NCBI GenBank assembly: GCA_016841745.1
Contig: JAENYO010000004.1
Coordinates: 82,026-146,025, forward strand
Direction: 5' to 3'
From: Acetomicrobium hydrogeniformans
GTDB taxonomy: Bacteria; Synergistota; Synergistia; Synergistales; JAFGMB01
DNA: 64,000 nt
Position numbers and translations under genes: made by a program. Shown here piece by piece: positions 26,753-35,771 of this stretch (position 1 is the first letter of the stretch; every line of letters starts with the position of its first letter). The notes beneath the pieces are model-generated. The model saw nothing but the letters and a program-made list of their open reading frames with translations. It did no database searches and was not told where the DNA came from.

Positions 26753-27982
26753 ATGGTGAGAGTCGAAAGAATAAGAAAAGATCTGGAATTTCTGGCCGGG
26801 ATAACGTCAACCCCGGGAGAAGGTGTTACGAGGCTTGCTTTCAGTGCTGAAGAGACTCGGGCAAGGGAATATCTGCGGAAAGAGATGGAGGCCGCAGGTC
26901 TTGAAATATATCAGGATAATGCCGGCAATCTTTTCGGAAGAAGGGAAGGCACTCTGAAGGATGCCCCTGTGGTCATGTTCGGTTCCCACATAGATTCAGT
27001 TGTCAACGGAGGTGCTTTTGACGGTCCAGCCGGTGTTATTTCGGCCCTGGAAGCCTTAAGGGTTATAAATGAAGAGGGCATGGAAACTGTCAATCCCCTG
27101 GAAATGGTCGTGATGACGGAGGAAGAGGGAGGCCGTTTTGGCTCAGGGGTCTGGGGAAGCAGGGCTATGGCAGGTATTGTTTCTGAAGATGAAATATATA
27201 AGGGAACCGATTCCCTGGGAATAACAAAGGCTGAAGCTATGGAATCCTTTGGACTCGATCCTGCATCAGTTGGTAAGGCCAGGCGGGAGCAAGGCAGCAT
27301 AAAGGCTTTTCTGGAATTACATATAGAGCAGGGGCCAGTTCTGGAACAGAATGGCTGTGACGCAGGTATAGTCGAGTCTATTGTGGGGATAAGGACTTTC
27401 TTTGTAACGGTAAAAGGTAAGGCAGATCACGCCGGAACCACCCCTATGGATTTCAGAAGGGATGCTCTGGTCGGAGCGAGCAGGGTGATCTCCGAGATCG
27501 ACGCCATAGCCCGAAGGGCCGGTAAGGGAACAGTGGCCACGGTGGGAATGGTGAATGTCAGGCCGGGGGCCTTTAACATTGTCCCGGAGGAAGTGCAGTT
27601 CAGCATAGATCTTCGTGACAGTTCCGAGCCGGTTATTGAAGCTGCCGCTTCTGAAATAAAAAAATACCTTGAGGAGCAGTGCTCTTCCCGGGGACTTGCT
27701 TTTTCATGGGAAGAACGTCTTTCTATCTCTCCCGTCAGGATAGATCCCGGGATAATGTCCATATTCCAGGAGGTTGCAGCAGAAAAGAATATTTCCACCC
27801 ATGTAATGCCGAGCGGTGCGGGCCATGATGCCATGGTGATGGCCAGGGTGGCGCCGGTTGGAATGATATTTGTTCCAAGCAGGAATGGTAAAAGTCACTG
27901 TCCTGAAGAGTGGACCGATTATGATCAGGTCGCCAGGGGTGCGGAAATGATCCTTGGAGCGGTAATAAGGCTTGCAGATTAA
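26753..27982 (+). CDS. M20-family N-carbamoyl-amino-acid / beta-ureidopropionase / allantoate amidohydrolase-type hydrolase
   Basis: The start is ATG 26753, 7 nt after GGGAGG (the track ORF starts earlier, at 26654). MVRVERIRKDLEFLAGITSTPGEGVTRLAFS, GSHIDSVVNGGAFDGPAGV and EEEGGRFG are typical of the AmaB/HyuC/AllC clade. Confidence 0.8.
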   Translation: MVRVERIRKDLEFLAGITSTPGEGVTRLAFSAEETRAREYLRKEMEAAGLEIYQDNAGNLFGRREGTLKDAPVVMFGSHIDSVVNGGAFDGPAGVISALEALRVINEEGMETVNPLEMVVMTEEEGGRFGSGVWGSRAMAGIVSEDEIYKGTDSLGITKAEAMESFGLDPASVGKARREQGSIKAFLELHIEQGPVLEQNGCDAGIVESIVGIRTFFVTVKGKADHAGTTPMDFRRDALVGASRVISEIDAIARRAGKGTVATVGMVNVRPGAFNIVPEEVQFSIDLRDSSEPVIEAAASEIKKYLEEQCSSRGLAFSWEERLSISPVRIDPGIMSIFQEVAAEKNISTHVMPSGAGHDAMVMARVAPVGMIFVPSRNGKSHCPEEWTDYDQVARGAEMILGAVIRLAD

Positions 27983-28001
27983 TATTTAATTCTTCAATGT
28001 A

Positions 28002-28050
28002 AAAGGCAAAGAAGCAGGGAGGTATGTCTTTCCTGTCTCTTTGCCTTTTT
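28002..28050 (+). terminator. Intrinsic terminator
   Basis: AAAGGCAAAGA...TCTTTGCCTTT followed by TTT. Confidence 0.6.
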
Positions 28051-28299
28051 TCCGGGGAGTCAAAGCTGTTATTATCCTTCAGGTGATTCCCTATCCTTTC
28101 CCGGATGGATCCCTCCCTCTTTTTTGCCTGGGTCCGGAGGTTCTTCTTTGAGTATTCCTGTTATAAATTGCAGGTATTATGAAAAATATTACAGGGATAT
28201 TGTATTATTGTTACGCGCGGAAGAACAAATAATTCAGGTTTCTCTGTTATCAGACAGTTTATAGCTATTGAGATCATCATATCCGGGGAGGTCTTTCAG

Positions 28300-28470
28300 A
28301 TGGAATTCTTTGCTGACAATATAGCACCCATTATCCTTTACCTATGCGCCGCAATTATGTTTTTTATGGGACTGAGGCGATTTAGATATGGTCAGCCCGT
28401 GAAGGGACTCGCAAATATTGCCCTGGCAGGAGTTATGGCCATAATGGGCTGGTACTTTGGCGGGATGTAG
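28300..28470 (+). CDS. Unlisted 56-aa two-TM membrane protein
   Basis: It falls below the ORF-track size cut-off. A GGGGAGG RBS lies 9 nt upstream of the ATG. The product is MEFFADNIAPIILYLCAAIMFFMGLRRFRYGQPVKGLANIALAGVMAIMGWYFGGM. A strong terminator follows. Confidence 0.55.
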   Translation: MEFFADNIAPIILYLCAAIMFFMGLRRFRYGQPVKGLANIALAGVMAIMGWYFGGM

Positions 28471-28489
28471 GGAAAGAGCATTCTGATTT

Positions 28490-28515
28490 AAAACCCGGCA
28501 TAAGCCGGGTTTTTC
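28490..28515 (+). terminator. Intrinsic terminator
   Basis: AAAACCCGGC-ataa-GCCGGGTTTT followed by TC. Confidence 0.75.
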
Positions 28516-28657
28516 TTTAAGGTATTTACTTCATCTAGATGACCTGCTAGTATAATCAAGTAGATTCTATTCTCATTTTTCCTCTCTTCCAGAATTATCC
28601 CGGATTTACAGTTATTTATTTTCGAACCATAACAGTTCTATAAAGGAGGTTGAAAAT

Positions 28658-29671
28658 ATGGTTGATCTGAAAACCAGTTATATGGGTATTGAACTGGATA
28701 ATCCCTTTGTTGTCGGAGCATGTGAAATGACTTCTCACGTTGAAACCCTTAAAAAGATCGAAGAAGCCGGGGCAGGTGCTATCGTGTTGAAGTCCCTTTT
28801 TGAGGAGCAGATCCAGCTTGAAAGACTTCAACTGGATGATTCTCTTACTGAATATGACGAAAGACATGCAGAAATGACAGGGATCCATCCACGTATGGAA
28901 CACTCAGGACCGGAAGAACACCTTTACTGGGTCAAAAAGAGCAGGGAGATAGTTGATATACCTTTAATTGCGAGCCTCAATGCCGTGAACAGGGAAATCT
29001 GGGTGGAATATGCCAAACTTCTTGAGAAGACCGGCGTAGACGGGCTGGAACTTAATTTCTATTCCAGTCCCACTGATCCGGACAGGGATGGTGCCCAGAT
29101 AGAGAAGGAGCAGATCGAGACCCTTTGCGAGATAAGGGAAAAAATATCTATCCCTGTGAGTGTAAAACTCAGTCCCTTTTATGCAAATCCCGTTAATTTG
29201 ATATCAAAGATGGATCTGGCAGGAGCCGGAGCCTTCGTTTTATTCAACCGTTTCTTCCAGCCAGACCTTGATATCGACAGGGAAGTCAATCTTCTGAACT
29301 TCGATCTGAGCTGCGAGGGAGATTACAAACTTCCATTGAGATTTACAGGACTTCTTTACGGGCAGATCCAGGGTGATATCTGTGCCAGCGGAGGAATATA
29401 TTCGGGCAGGGATGCGGCCAAGCTGATAATGGCAGGTGCTTCCTGCGTTCAGCTGGTAAGCGCCCTTTACAAGAGTAAACTTGAGCATTTAAGGTTTATC
29501 AGGAGGGAACTTATCAAATGGATGGAGGGTAAGAACCTTGACTCTCTTCAGGAATTCCGCGGAAGAATGAGCAAGAAGAACTTGTCCGACCCCTTCGCAT
29601 ATGAGCGGGCCCAGTACGTGGGAATGCTCATGAAACCCGACACTATAATTAAGCAGTTCCCCCAGTATTAG
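28658..29671 (+). CDS. Dihydroorotate-dehydrogenase-like FMN TIM-barrel protein (class-1-sized, no Fe-S extension)
   Basis: 337 aa. Matches include YMGIELDNPFVVGACEMT, GAGAIVLKS, LELNFYSSP (Ser where class 1 DHODs have the catalytic Cys) and ICASGGIYSGRDAAKLIMAGASCVQL. There is an AAGGAGG RBS. Confidence 0.75.
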   Translation: MVDLKTSYMGIELDNPFVVGACEMTSHVETLKKIEEAGAGAIVLKSLFEEQIQLERLQLDDSLTEYDERHAEMTGIHPRMEHSGPEEHLYWVKKSREIVDIPLIASLNAVNREIWVEYAKLLEKTGVDGLELNFYSSPTDPDRDGAQIEKEQIETLCEIREKISIPVSVKLSPFYANPVNLISKMDLAGAGAFVLFNRFFQPDLDIDREVNLLNFDLSCEGDYKLPLRFTGLLYGQIQGDICASGGIYSGRDAAKLIMAGASCVQLVSALYKSKLEHLRFIRRELIKWMEGKNLDSLQEFRGRMSKKNLSDPFAYERAQYVGMLMKPDTIIKQFPQY

Positions 29672-29683
29672 GTTCTGCAAGTG

Positions 29684-29709
29684 AGCCGCCCGAAAAGGGC
29701 GGCTTTTTT
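29684..29709 (+). terminator. Intrinsic terminator
   Basis: AGCCGCCC-gaaaa-GGGCGGCT followed by TTTTT. Confidence 0.8.
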
Positions 29710-29823
29710 CATATGTTGAGATTTAACTTTCCGCTTTCTGTAAAGTTATGTTAAAATACGGCGAATTTAATTGTAACTGGTAAAGTTTTTCATTAGAACT
29801 TTCAACAAGAGGTGATCGTTGCT

Positions 29824-30210
29824 ATGTTCCTCAATATGTTCAAGGGTAAGATCCATAGAGCTACCGTTACCCAGGCTGAGCTTGACTATGTGGGTAGCAT
29901 TACAATAGATAAACTTCTTCTGGATGCAGCGGGTATCCTTCCCGGAGAAAAAGTCCAGATCGTCAATGTGAATAACGGTGCCCGACTTGAGACCTACGCC
30001 ATAGAGGGCCCGGAGGGCAGCGGGATAGTCTGTCTCAACGGAGCGGCCGCAAGGTCTGTGCAGGTGGGAGACAGGGTGATAATAATTTCCTACTGCTGGA
30101 TTTCGGAGCAAGAGACGGCAAGTTTTGAGGCCAGGGTGGTATTCGTGGATGATAACAACAGGATAATGGATCAGTCTTCAAGTGAGATCCACGGCGAGAT
30201 CAGAAAATGA
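29824..30210 (+). CDS. panD: Aspartate 1-decarboxylase proenzyme
   Basis: [29 protein letters not shown] contains the G-S self-processing site. The ATG at 29824 follows AGAGGTG. The track start at 29812 is a GTG extension. Confidence 0.95.
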   Translation: MFLNMFKGKIHRATVTQAELDYVGSITIDKLLLDAAGILPGEKVQIVNVNNGARLETYAIEGPEGSGIVCLNGAAARSVQVGDRVIIISYCWISEQETASFEARVVFVDDNNRIMDQSSSEIHGEIRK

Positions 30211-30215
30211 ATGAT

Positions 30216-30257
30216 AAATTGCAGGGGGATCCTTTTTTCTGGATCCCCCTGCAATTT
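30216..30257 (+). terminator. Perfect 17-bp hairpin after panD
   Basis: AAATTGCAGGGGGATCC-ttttttct-GGATCCCCCTGCAATTT. Confidence 0.6.
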
Positions 30258-30332
30258 ATGGAACAGGGATAAACGAATTATGACAAAGTGCTGAATTATA
30301 GAACTATTGATCCCAACTGGAGGTGTTTTCCT

Positions 30333-31181
30333 TTGTTTGTATCAGCAACAGTAGAAGGAGCAAGGCAGTTTCTTTCAGATCATGCCCAGGGACGTCCCCC
30401 TGGACTGGTCCCGACAATGGGTTTTCTCCATGAGGGACATCTATCCCTTGTACGAAAATGCCGCAGCCAGAATGAAATTACGGCTGTTTCAATATTTGTG
30501 AATCCCATCCAGTTTGGTCCGGGAGAGGACCTGGAGGCCTATCCGAGGGATATGGAAAGGGATCTTGCCCTTCTGGATTCCGAAGGAGCTGACCTGGTCT
30601 TTGCACCCTCTCCTGGAGAAATGTACCCGGAGAACTTTTCAGTCCACGTGGAAGAGAATGACCTCAGCAGAGTCCTTTGCGGAGCCTCAAGGCCGGGACA
30701 TTTCAGGGGAGTCTGTACGGTGGTAGCTAAGCTCTTCAATATAGTGAGACCAGGGAAAGCCTATTTTGGTCAGAAAGACTACCAGCAGGTCCAGGTAATT
30801 AAACGCATGGTCAGAGACCTGGACATGCCTGTGGAGATAGTAACATGTCCCATTGTACGGGAAGAAGATGGGCTTGCCATGAGCAGCCGTAATCTTTACC
30901 TTACCCCGGAGCAGAGAAAGTCTGCTCTTCTCCTGAACCGTTCCCTGGCCATGGCAGAAGAGATGGTGAGAAAGGGAGAGATCTCATCTGACAAGATCAT
31001 GGGTGCTGTAAGTGAAAAAATATCTTCAGATCCGGCACTGTCAATAGATTACGTTTCCCTCAAGGATGCCGGGAATCTCAGGGACCTTGAGAACATGGAC
31101 AGGAAAGCCGTTCTTGCCCTTGCTGTAAGGGTGGGAAAGGCTAGACTCATAGACAATATAATTCTGGATCCAGGTGTTTGA
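30333..31181 (+). CDS. panC: Pantoate--beta-alanine ligase
   Basis: LVPTMGFLHEGHLSLV (HIGH-type motif), FVNPIQFGPGEDL, RPGHFRGVCTVVAKLFNIV and YFGQKDYQQ all fit PanC. The probable start is TTG 30333, 7 nt after GGAGGTG. The track ORF starts at 30288. Confidence 0.95.
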   Translation: MFVSATVEGARQFLSDHAQGRPPGLVPTMGFLHEGHLSLVRKCRSQNEITAVSIFVNPIQFGPGEDLEAYPRDMERDLALLDSEGADLVFAPSPGEMYPENFSVHVEENDLSRVLCGASRPGHFRGVCTVVAKLFNIVRPGKAYFGQKDYQQVQVIKRMVRDLDMPVEIVTCPIVREEDGLAMSSRNLYLTPEQRKSALLLNRSLAMAEEMVRKGEISSDKIMGAVSEKISSDPALSIDYVSLKDAGNLRDLENMDRKAVLALAVRVGKARLIDNIILDPGV

Positions 31182-31256
31182 CAGGGTCCTCCATGTAATA
31201 AATAAGGGGAAGGCCCGAAGGCGGGATCTTCCCCTTGTTTTTGAGTTCAAGGTGGT

Positions 31257-32084
31257 CTATTTCTTATCCGGTTCTATCTTGTCATCTATTTTTCTGTCCT
31301 CTGTTTTCCGTGGTTCGGCCTTTTCAGGGCTGAAGGCTTTTTTCTTTTCCCTGATCTGGCCTGATATGAACCTCTTTACCATATAAAGAAGTCTCGCCAC
31401 TTCGAGGTAAACCCAGCCGACTGTGACCATTATTCCCAGTACTGCCGTCCATTCTGCCCTTTTGCGGGTGCCCATATCTTCTCTTTCTCTGATGAACTCC
31501 ATGTCGCTTACAAGATTGATGGATCCAACTACCACTATGGCCAGGCAGATGGCCATACCTATGGGACTGATAAACCTGAGTATATTGATAGAGAAGATGC
31601 CCATAATGAATTTAAGGACATAAAAAATAATTATGGAACCGGCGGCAAGGGTAAATATGCGAAAAAAACGGTTTCCTGCAGTCAGGAAATCGAAGCGGTA
31701 CATCAACAGAAGGAGGAGGGCGGCAATGTAGGTAAGGGTGACAGCATTCAATACGACCCCTGGATAGAAGAATTCCACCAGGGCTGAAACTCCTCCTACA
31801 GTAAGGCCTTCCAGGATCATGAAAAGCGGGACTGTAACGACAGAGATCTCCGGTACGCGGAAGGAAACATAAAATCCTGCAAGACCTCCGCCCATCGCGA
31901 TAATCGTGGGCAGAATTATTCCTTTCCCTGCGTAATAACCTGTCCACATATATGCTGTGGATATTACAAGTATGAACAGGCATATCAGGGCTTTATTGAC
32001 CACATTTCTGACTTTGAGGGGTGCGGATCCTGTTGATTTTGCCGTGACTTCAAAGCCTTCGTTTTTCCAGACTGGATTAGCCAT
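31257..32084 (-). CDS. Bax-inhibitor-1-like (BI-1 like, SNPV/ANPV N-terminus type) membrane protein with a charged C-terminal tail
   Basis: 275 aa with 7 TM segments. The N-terminus is MANPVWKNEGF and the C-terminal 40 aa are Lys/Glu-rich. Confidence 0.65.
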   Translation of the reverse strand: MANPVWKNEGFEVTAKSTGSAPLKVRNVVNKALICLFILVISTAYMWTGYYAGKGIILPTIIAMGGGLAGFYVSFRVPEISVVTVPLFMILEGLTVGGVSALVEFFYPGVVLNAVTLTYIAALLLLLMYRFDFLTAGNRFFRIFTLAAGSIIIFYVLKFIMGIFSINILRFISPIGMAICLAIVVVGSINLVSDMEFIREREDMGTRKRAEWTAVLGIMVTVGWVYLEVARLLYMVKRFISGQIREKKKAFSPEKAEPRKTEDRKIDDKIEPDKK

Positions 32085-32266
32085 TGTTCAAGCCTCCTTG
32101 AGGAGCATAAGATCTTGAGTGGATCAGTAAGTTTTCTTTTGTCTATATGATACGATAAAGCGAATAGGATGTCATTGGAAAACGTCCTGTTTTGTCATGT
32201 TTCATCTGTCTTGAGGAATCAGATCCTTAACAGGGAGTACTGCCATAATATATAAGGGGGGATTTC

Positions 32267-32860
32267 ATGAGAAACGTCGGTATATGGGTTTTCGACAACA
32301 TGGAACTTCTTGATCTTGCAGGACCCTATGAGGTTTTTTCCATAAGGATAGACAAGGAGGAAGAACCTCTGTTCAATGTTTTTACCCTATCCTGGAATGG
32401 TGAGGCCATAAATACCGCTAACGGTCTGAAAGTTTTTCCCGACCATTCCTTCCGGGATCACCCCCATATAGATATTCTTATCCTTCCGGGGGGCAGGGGA
32501 ACCCGTAAAGAAGTTAATAATGAGAATGTATTGAACTGGGTCTCGGCGTGCCATAAGGAAAGCGAGATAACCATTTCAGTATGTACAGGCTCCTTTATCC
32601 TTGGCAGACTGGGTCTCCTTGACGGACTGGAATGTACCACCCATCACAGTGTCACGGATCTCTTCAGGGAGATAGCCCCCAAAGCAGAAATTGTCAGGGG
32701 CAGGCGGTTCGTGGATAACGGAAAGATCCTTACAGCAGCCGGAATATCGGCAGGTATAGACCTTTCCTTACATGTGGTGGCAAGGCTGCATGGCCAGGAT
32801 GAGGCGGACAGAAGGGCCGTACATATGGAATACGGGAACTGGGAGAGTAAGGACATTTAG
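32267..32860 (+). CDS. DJ-1/PfpI family protein
   Basis: 197 aa with ILILPGG and the nucleophile elbow ISVCTGSFILGRLGLLDG. Confidence 0.85.
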   Translation: MRNVGIWVFDNMELLDLAGPYEVFSIRIDKEEEPLFNVFTLSWNGEAINTANGLKVFPDHSFRDHPHIDILILPGGRGTRKEVNNENVLNWVSACHKESEITISVCTGSFILGRLGLLDGLECTTHHSVTDLFREIAPKAEIVRGRRFVDNGKILTAAGISAGIDLSLHVVARLHGQDEADRRAVHMEYGNWESKDI

Positions 32861-32976
32861 CCTGATCTGCCCGGGGGATATGGGGCGCAGCCATTTGCCT
32901 TGAAGAATTGTTCCCGAAAGCTTAGAAATTGAAAAACAAAGGTTCCTTGAAAAGATATTGTCGCAGGAGGATTACA

Positions 32977-33288
32977 ATGATGAGAATACGAAAGGGGATT
33001 CTCCTCCAGGATCCCCGTTTTGCGATCGCCAATAGAGAAGCCCTTTATACCCTGGTTCTGGCGTTCCTGTATTTTGCATGGTGGTACCTGACCGCCTATG
33101 GACTGGGTTCCAGTCCAGTTGAAGAGTATTCCTATATTGCAGGTTTCCCTTCATGGTTTTTTCTCAGCTGTATAGCCGGTTTTATTGTTTTTTCGATCCT
33201 CGCTTTACTTATGGTGGTTTTCCTTTTTCGGGATATGCCCCTTGAGAAGCCAGCCGGAGATGGAAAGGGAAGAATGGACCATGACTGA
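32977..33288 (+). CDS. yhdT: YhdT-like small membrane protein (DUF997), partner of PanF
   Basis: The ATG at 32977 lies 6 nt after GCAGGAGG. It has 2 TM segments (ALYTLVLAFLYFAWWYL...). Its stop overlaps the panF start. Confidence 0.75.
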   Translation: MMRIRKGILLQDPRFAIANREALYTLVLAFLYFAWWYLTAYGLGSSPVEEYSYIAGFPSWFFLSCIAGFIVFSILALLMVVFLFRDMPLEKPAGDGKGRMDHD

Positions 33289-34753
33289 TTACCGGGTTGT
33301 AGCTCCGCTGTTCATATATCTTGCCCTGGTTTACCTTATGGCCTTTTACAGTAACCGGGTTCTTTCCAGAACCGGCAATTTCCTGGAAGAATATTTTATC
33401 GGAAGCAGGGGTATGGGCGGTTTTGTGCTAGCTATGACACTGGTGGCAACTTACACCAGTGCGAGCAGTTTTGTGGGAGGGCCAGGGGTTGCATATAAGA
33501 TGGGCCTCGGGTGGATCCTCCTTGCAATGATACAGCTTCCAGCAGCATGGCTTACTCTTGGCGTTCTGGGAAAAAAATTTGCCATCGTAGCGAGAAGGAT
33601 AAATGCCGTTACCATTAATGATATCCTTCATGAAAGGTACCGGAGCCGGGCTGTTGTTATCTTCGGATCCCTGAGCCTCCTCGTTTTCTTTATTGCGGCA
33701 ATGGTCGCGCAGTTTATCGGAGGGGCAAGGCTCTTTGAAGGTGTAACGGGACTTTCATATAATACGGGACTGATCATTTTTGCTGTCACAGTGATAATCT
33801 ATACCACCATTGGCGGTTTCAGGGCTGTAGCGCTTACTGATGCGGTCCAGGGCTGTGTTATGATGGTGGGGACCTTCGCCCTGCTCTTAGGTATAATAAA
33901 GATCGGCGGAGGGGTGAGCAATATCGTAACCGATCTCAAGGCTATCGATCCTGCCCTGGTGACGCCCTTCGGACCCAAGGATTTTATTTCCAGACCCTTC
34001 ATCCTATCCTTCTGGATACTTGTCTGTTTTGGAGTTATCGGACTGCCCCATACGGCGGTCCGATGTTTTGGATATCGTGACAGCAGATCAATGCATATGG
34101 CCATAGTTCTGGGTACGGTAGTGGTGGGTTTCCTGATGCTGGGGATGCACTTATGCGGTGCCTTTGGCAGGGCCATAATTCCAGACCTTACAGTAGGAGA
34201 CAGGATAATGCCGGCCCTCATACTCAAGGTTCTTCCACCTTATATGGCCGGAGTATTCCTGGCCGGGCCCCTGGCAGCTATCATGTCTACCATAGATTCT
34301 CAGCTCATCCTTGCTTCGGCCACCATTGTAAAGGACCTTTATCTGAATTACATAAATCCTGGAGCCGGAAAAAAGGGAAATGAGACTTCCAGGATCCATC
34401 GGCTGAGTTTCTGGACTACTGCCATAGTGGGTATTATCGTCTTTGCTGCCTCCTTTAATCCCCCCGACCTCATCGTATGGATAAATCTTTTTGCTTTTGG
34501 CGGAATGCAGGCAGCCTTTTTATGGCCCCTTGTGCTGGGGCTGTACTGGAAAGGAGCAAATGCAGCCGGGGCTCTTGCTTCCATGACAGGGGGAGTAGCA
34601 TCCTATTTTTACCTTGTCATTTATGTTAAAAGGTTATGGGGTATGCATGTGATCGTTCCCACACTGCTCATAGCTCTTGTTCTTTTCCTTATCTTCAGCA
34701 TTGCCACAGAGGAACCTGAAGATGACGTTATCCGGATATTCTGGGGGGAGTAA
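33281..34753 (+). CDS. panF: Sodium/pantothenate symporter (SSF)
   Basis: The start MTDYRVVAPLFIYLALVYLMAFYSNR overlaps the yhdT stop (ATGACTGA arrangement). It is about 490 aa and has an SSF fold. The yhdT-panF pairing is as in E. coli. Confidence 0.8.
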   Translation: MTDYRVVAPLFIYLALVYLMAFYSNRVLSRTGNFLEEYFIGSRGMGGFVLAMTLVATYTSASSFVGGPGVAYKMGLGWILLAMIQLPAAWLTLGVLGKKFAIVARRINAVTINDILHERYRSRAVVIFGSLSLLVFFIAAMVAQFIGGARLFEGVTGLSYNTGLIIFAVTVIIYTTIGGFRAVALTDAVQGCVMMVGTFALLLGIIKIGGGVSNIVTDLKAIDPALVTPFGPKDFISRPFILSFWILVCFGVIGLPHTAVRCFGYRDSRSMHMAIVLGTVVVGFLMLGMHLCGAFGRAIIPDLTVGDRIMPALILKVLPPYMAGVFLAGPLAAIMSTIDSQLILASATIVKDLYLNYINPGAGKKGNETSRIHRLSFWTTAIVGIIVFAASFNPPDLIVWINLFAFGGMQAAFLWPLVLGLYWKGANAAGALASMTGGVASYFYLVIYVKRLWGMHVIVPTLLIALVLFLIFSIATEEPEDDVIRIFWGE

Positions 34754-34758
34754 ATAAT

Positions 34759-35688
34759 ATGCCTGTCGATAGTATTCTCGCCAATCCCGTTTTTTTCAGA
34801 CATGTTCTTGAGGAGTTATACGATGGTGTATATATCGTGGATACTTCGAGAAAGATCCTCTTCTGGAACAAGGGTGCTGAAAGGATAACGGGATATACTT
34901 CAGAAAAAGTTCTGGGAAAATGCTGTGCGGATAATATCCTTATGCATGTGGATAACAGGGGAAAAAAACTCTGTCTGGAAGGATGTCCCCTTCATGAGAC
35001 ATTAAAGGATGGACTTGACAGGGAAGTATCTGTATTCCTCCATCACAGTGATGGGTACAGGGTTCCCGTTCTGGTAAGAATTTCTCCTCTCCGTGACAGC
35101 GAAGGAAGGATCATTGGTGCGGTGGAGGTGTTCAGCGATAACACCAAACTGGACAGATCCATGAGGACGATCCGGAAACTGGAAAAGGAAGCCTTTAGAG
35201 ATCCACTTACATCAGTCATGAACAGAAGGTATGGCCATACCTTCATTTCTCTTAAACTCCATGAAATGAAATCCCTTGAGCTGTCTCCACTGGGCCTTCT
35301 TTTCCTGGATATTGATCATTTTAAAAAATTTAATGATTTATACGGCCATCAGGTGGGAGATAATGTTCTTGTAATGGTGGCGGCTACTCTGAAAAACATC
35401 CTGAGGTCGGAAGATCTGGTGTGTCGATGGGGTGGAGAAGAATTTGTAATTGCCCTTCCTGAATCTTCGCTTTCCATGCTGGAGAATGTCGCAGAGAGGA
35501 TAAGGATACTGGTCGAATCTTCTATCTTTACTGAAAATATGGATAGTATGAGGGTTACCGTTTCCATCGGCGGATCTCTGGGAAGGGTCGATGATAGCGC
35601 AGATACCCTCATTAATCGTTCAGATCAGATGATGTACAGAAGTAAGCAGGCCGGGAGAAACATGGTTACTATTGAAGGGGTTTCCTGA
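34759..35688 (+). CDS. PAS-GGDEF diguanylate cyclase
   Basis: 309 aa with a PAS domain carrying CC-x16-C-x3-C, and RSEDLVCRWGGEEF (I-site plus GGEEF). Confidence 0.85.
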   Translation: MPVDSILANPVFFRHVLEELYDGVYIVDTSRKILFWNKGAERITGYTSEKVLGKCCADNILMHVDNRGKKLCLEGCPLHETLKDGLDREVSVFLHHSDGYRVPVLVRISPLRDSEGRIIGAVEVFSDNTKLDRSMRTIRKLEKEAFRDPLTSVMNRRYGHTFISLKLHEMKSLELSPLGLLFLDIDHFKKFNDLYGHQVGDNVLVMVAATLKNILRSEDLVCRWGGEEFVIALPESSLSMLENVAERIRILVESSIFTENMDSMRVTVSIGGSLGRVDDSADTLINRSDQMMYRSKQAGRNMVTIEGVS

Positions 35689-35771
35689 ATCTTGAGCCGG
35701 CAATTAATCTTATGACCAGTTTCTTCTGAAAGCCTCTTTTTTACTGCCGTAAATACGGGAGATGATCCGAT

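Noticed and set aside
33185-33280. Long N-terminal extensions in the track for panF (33185), the carbamoylase-type hydrolase (26654), yhdT (32929), panD (29812), the EamA transporter (49564) and the second Fsr paralog (57725).
   Set aside because: These are longest-ORF artefacts. In each case an internal start has a proper Shine-Dalgarno sequence or stop-start overlap and matches the expected family N-terminus.
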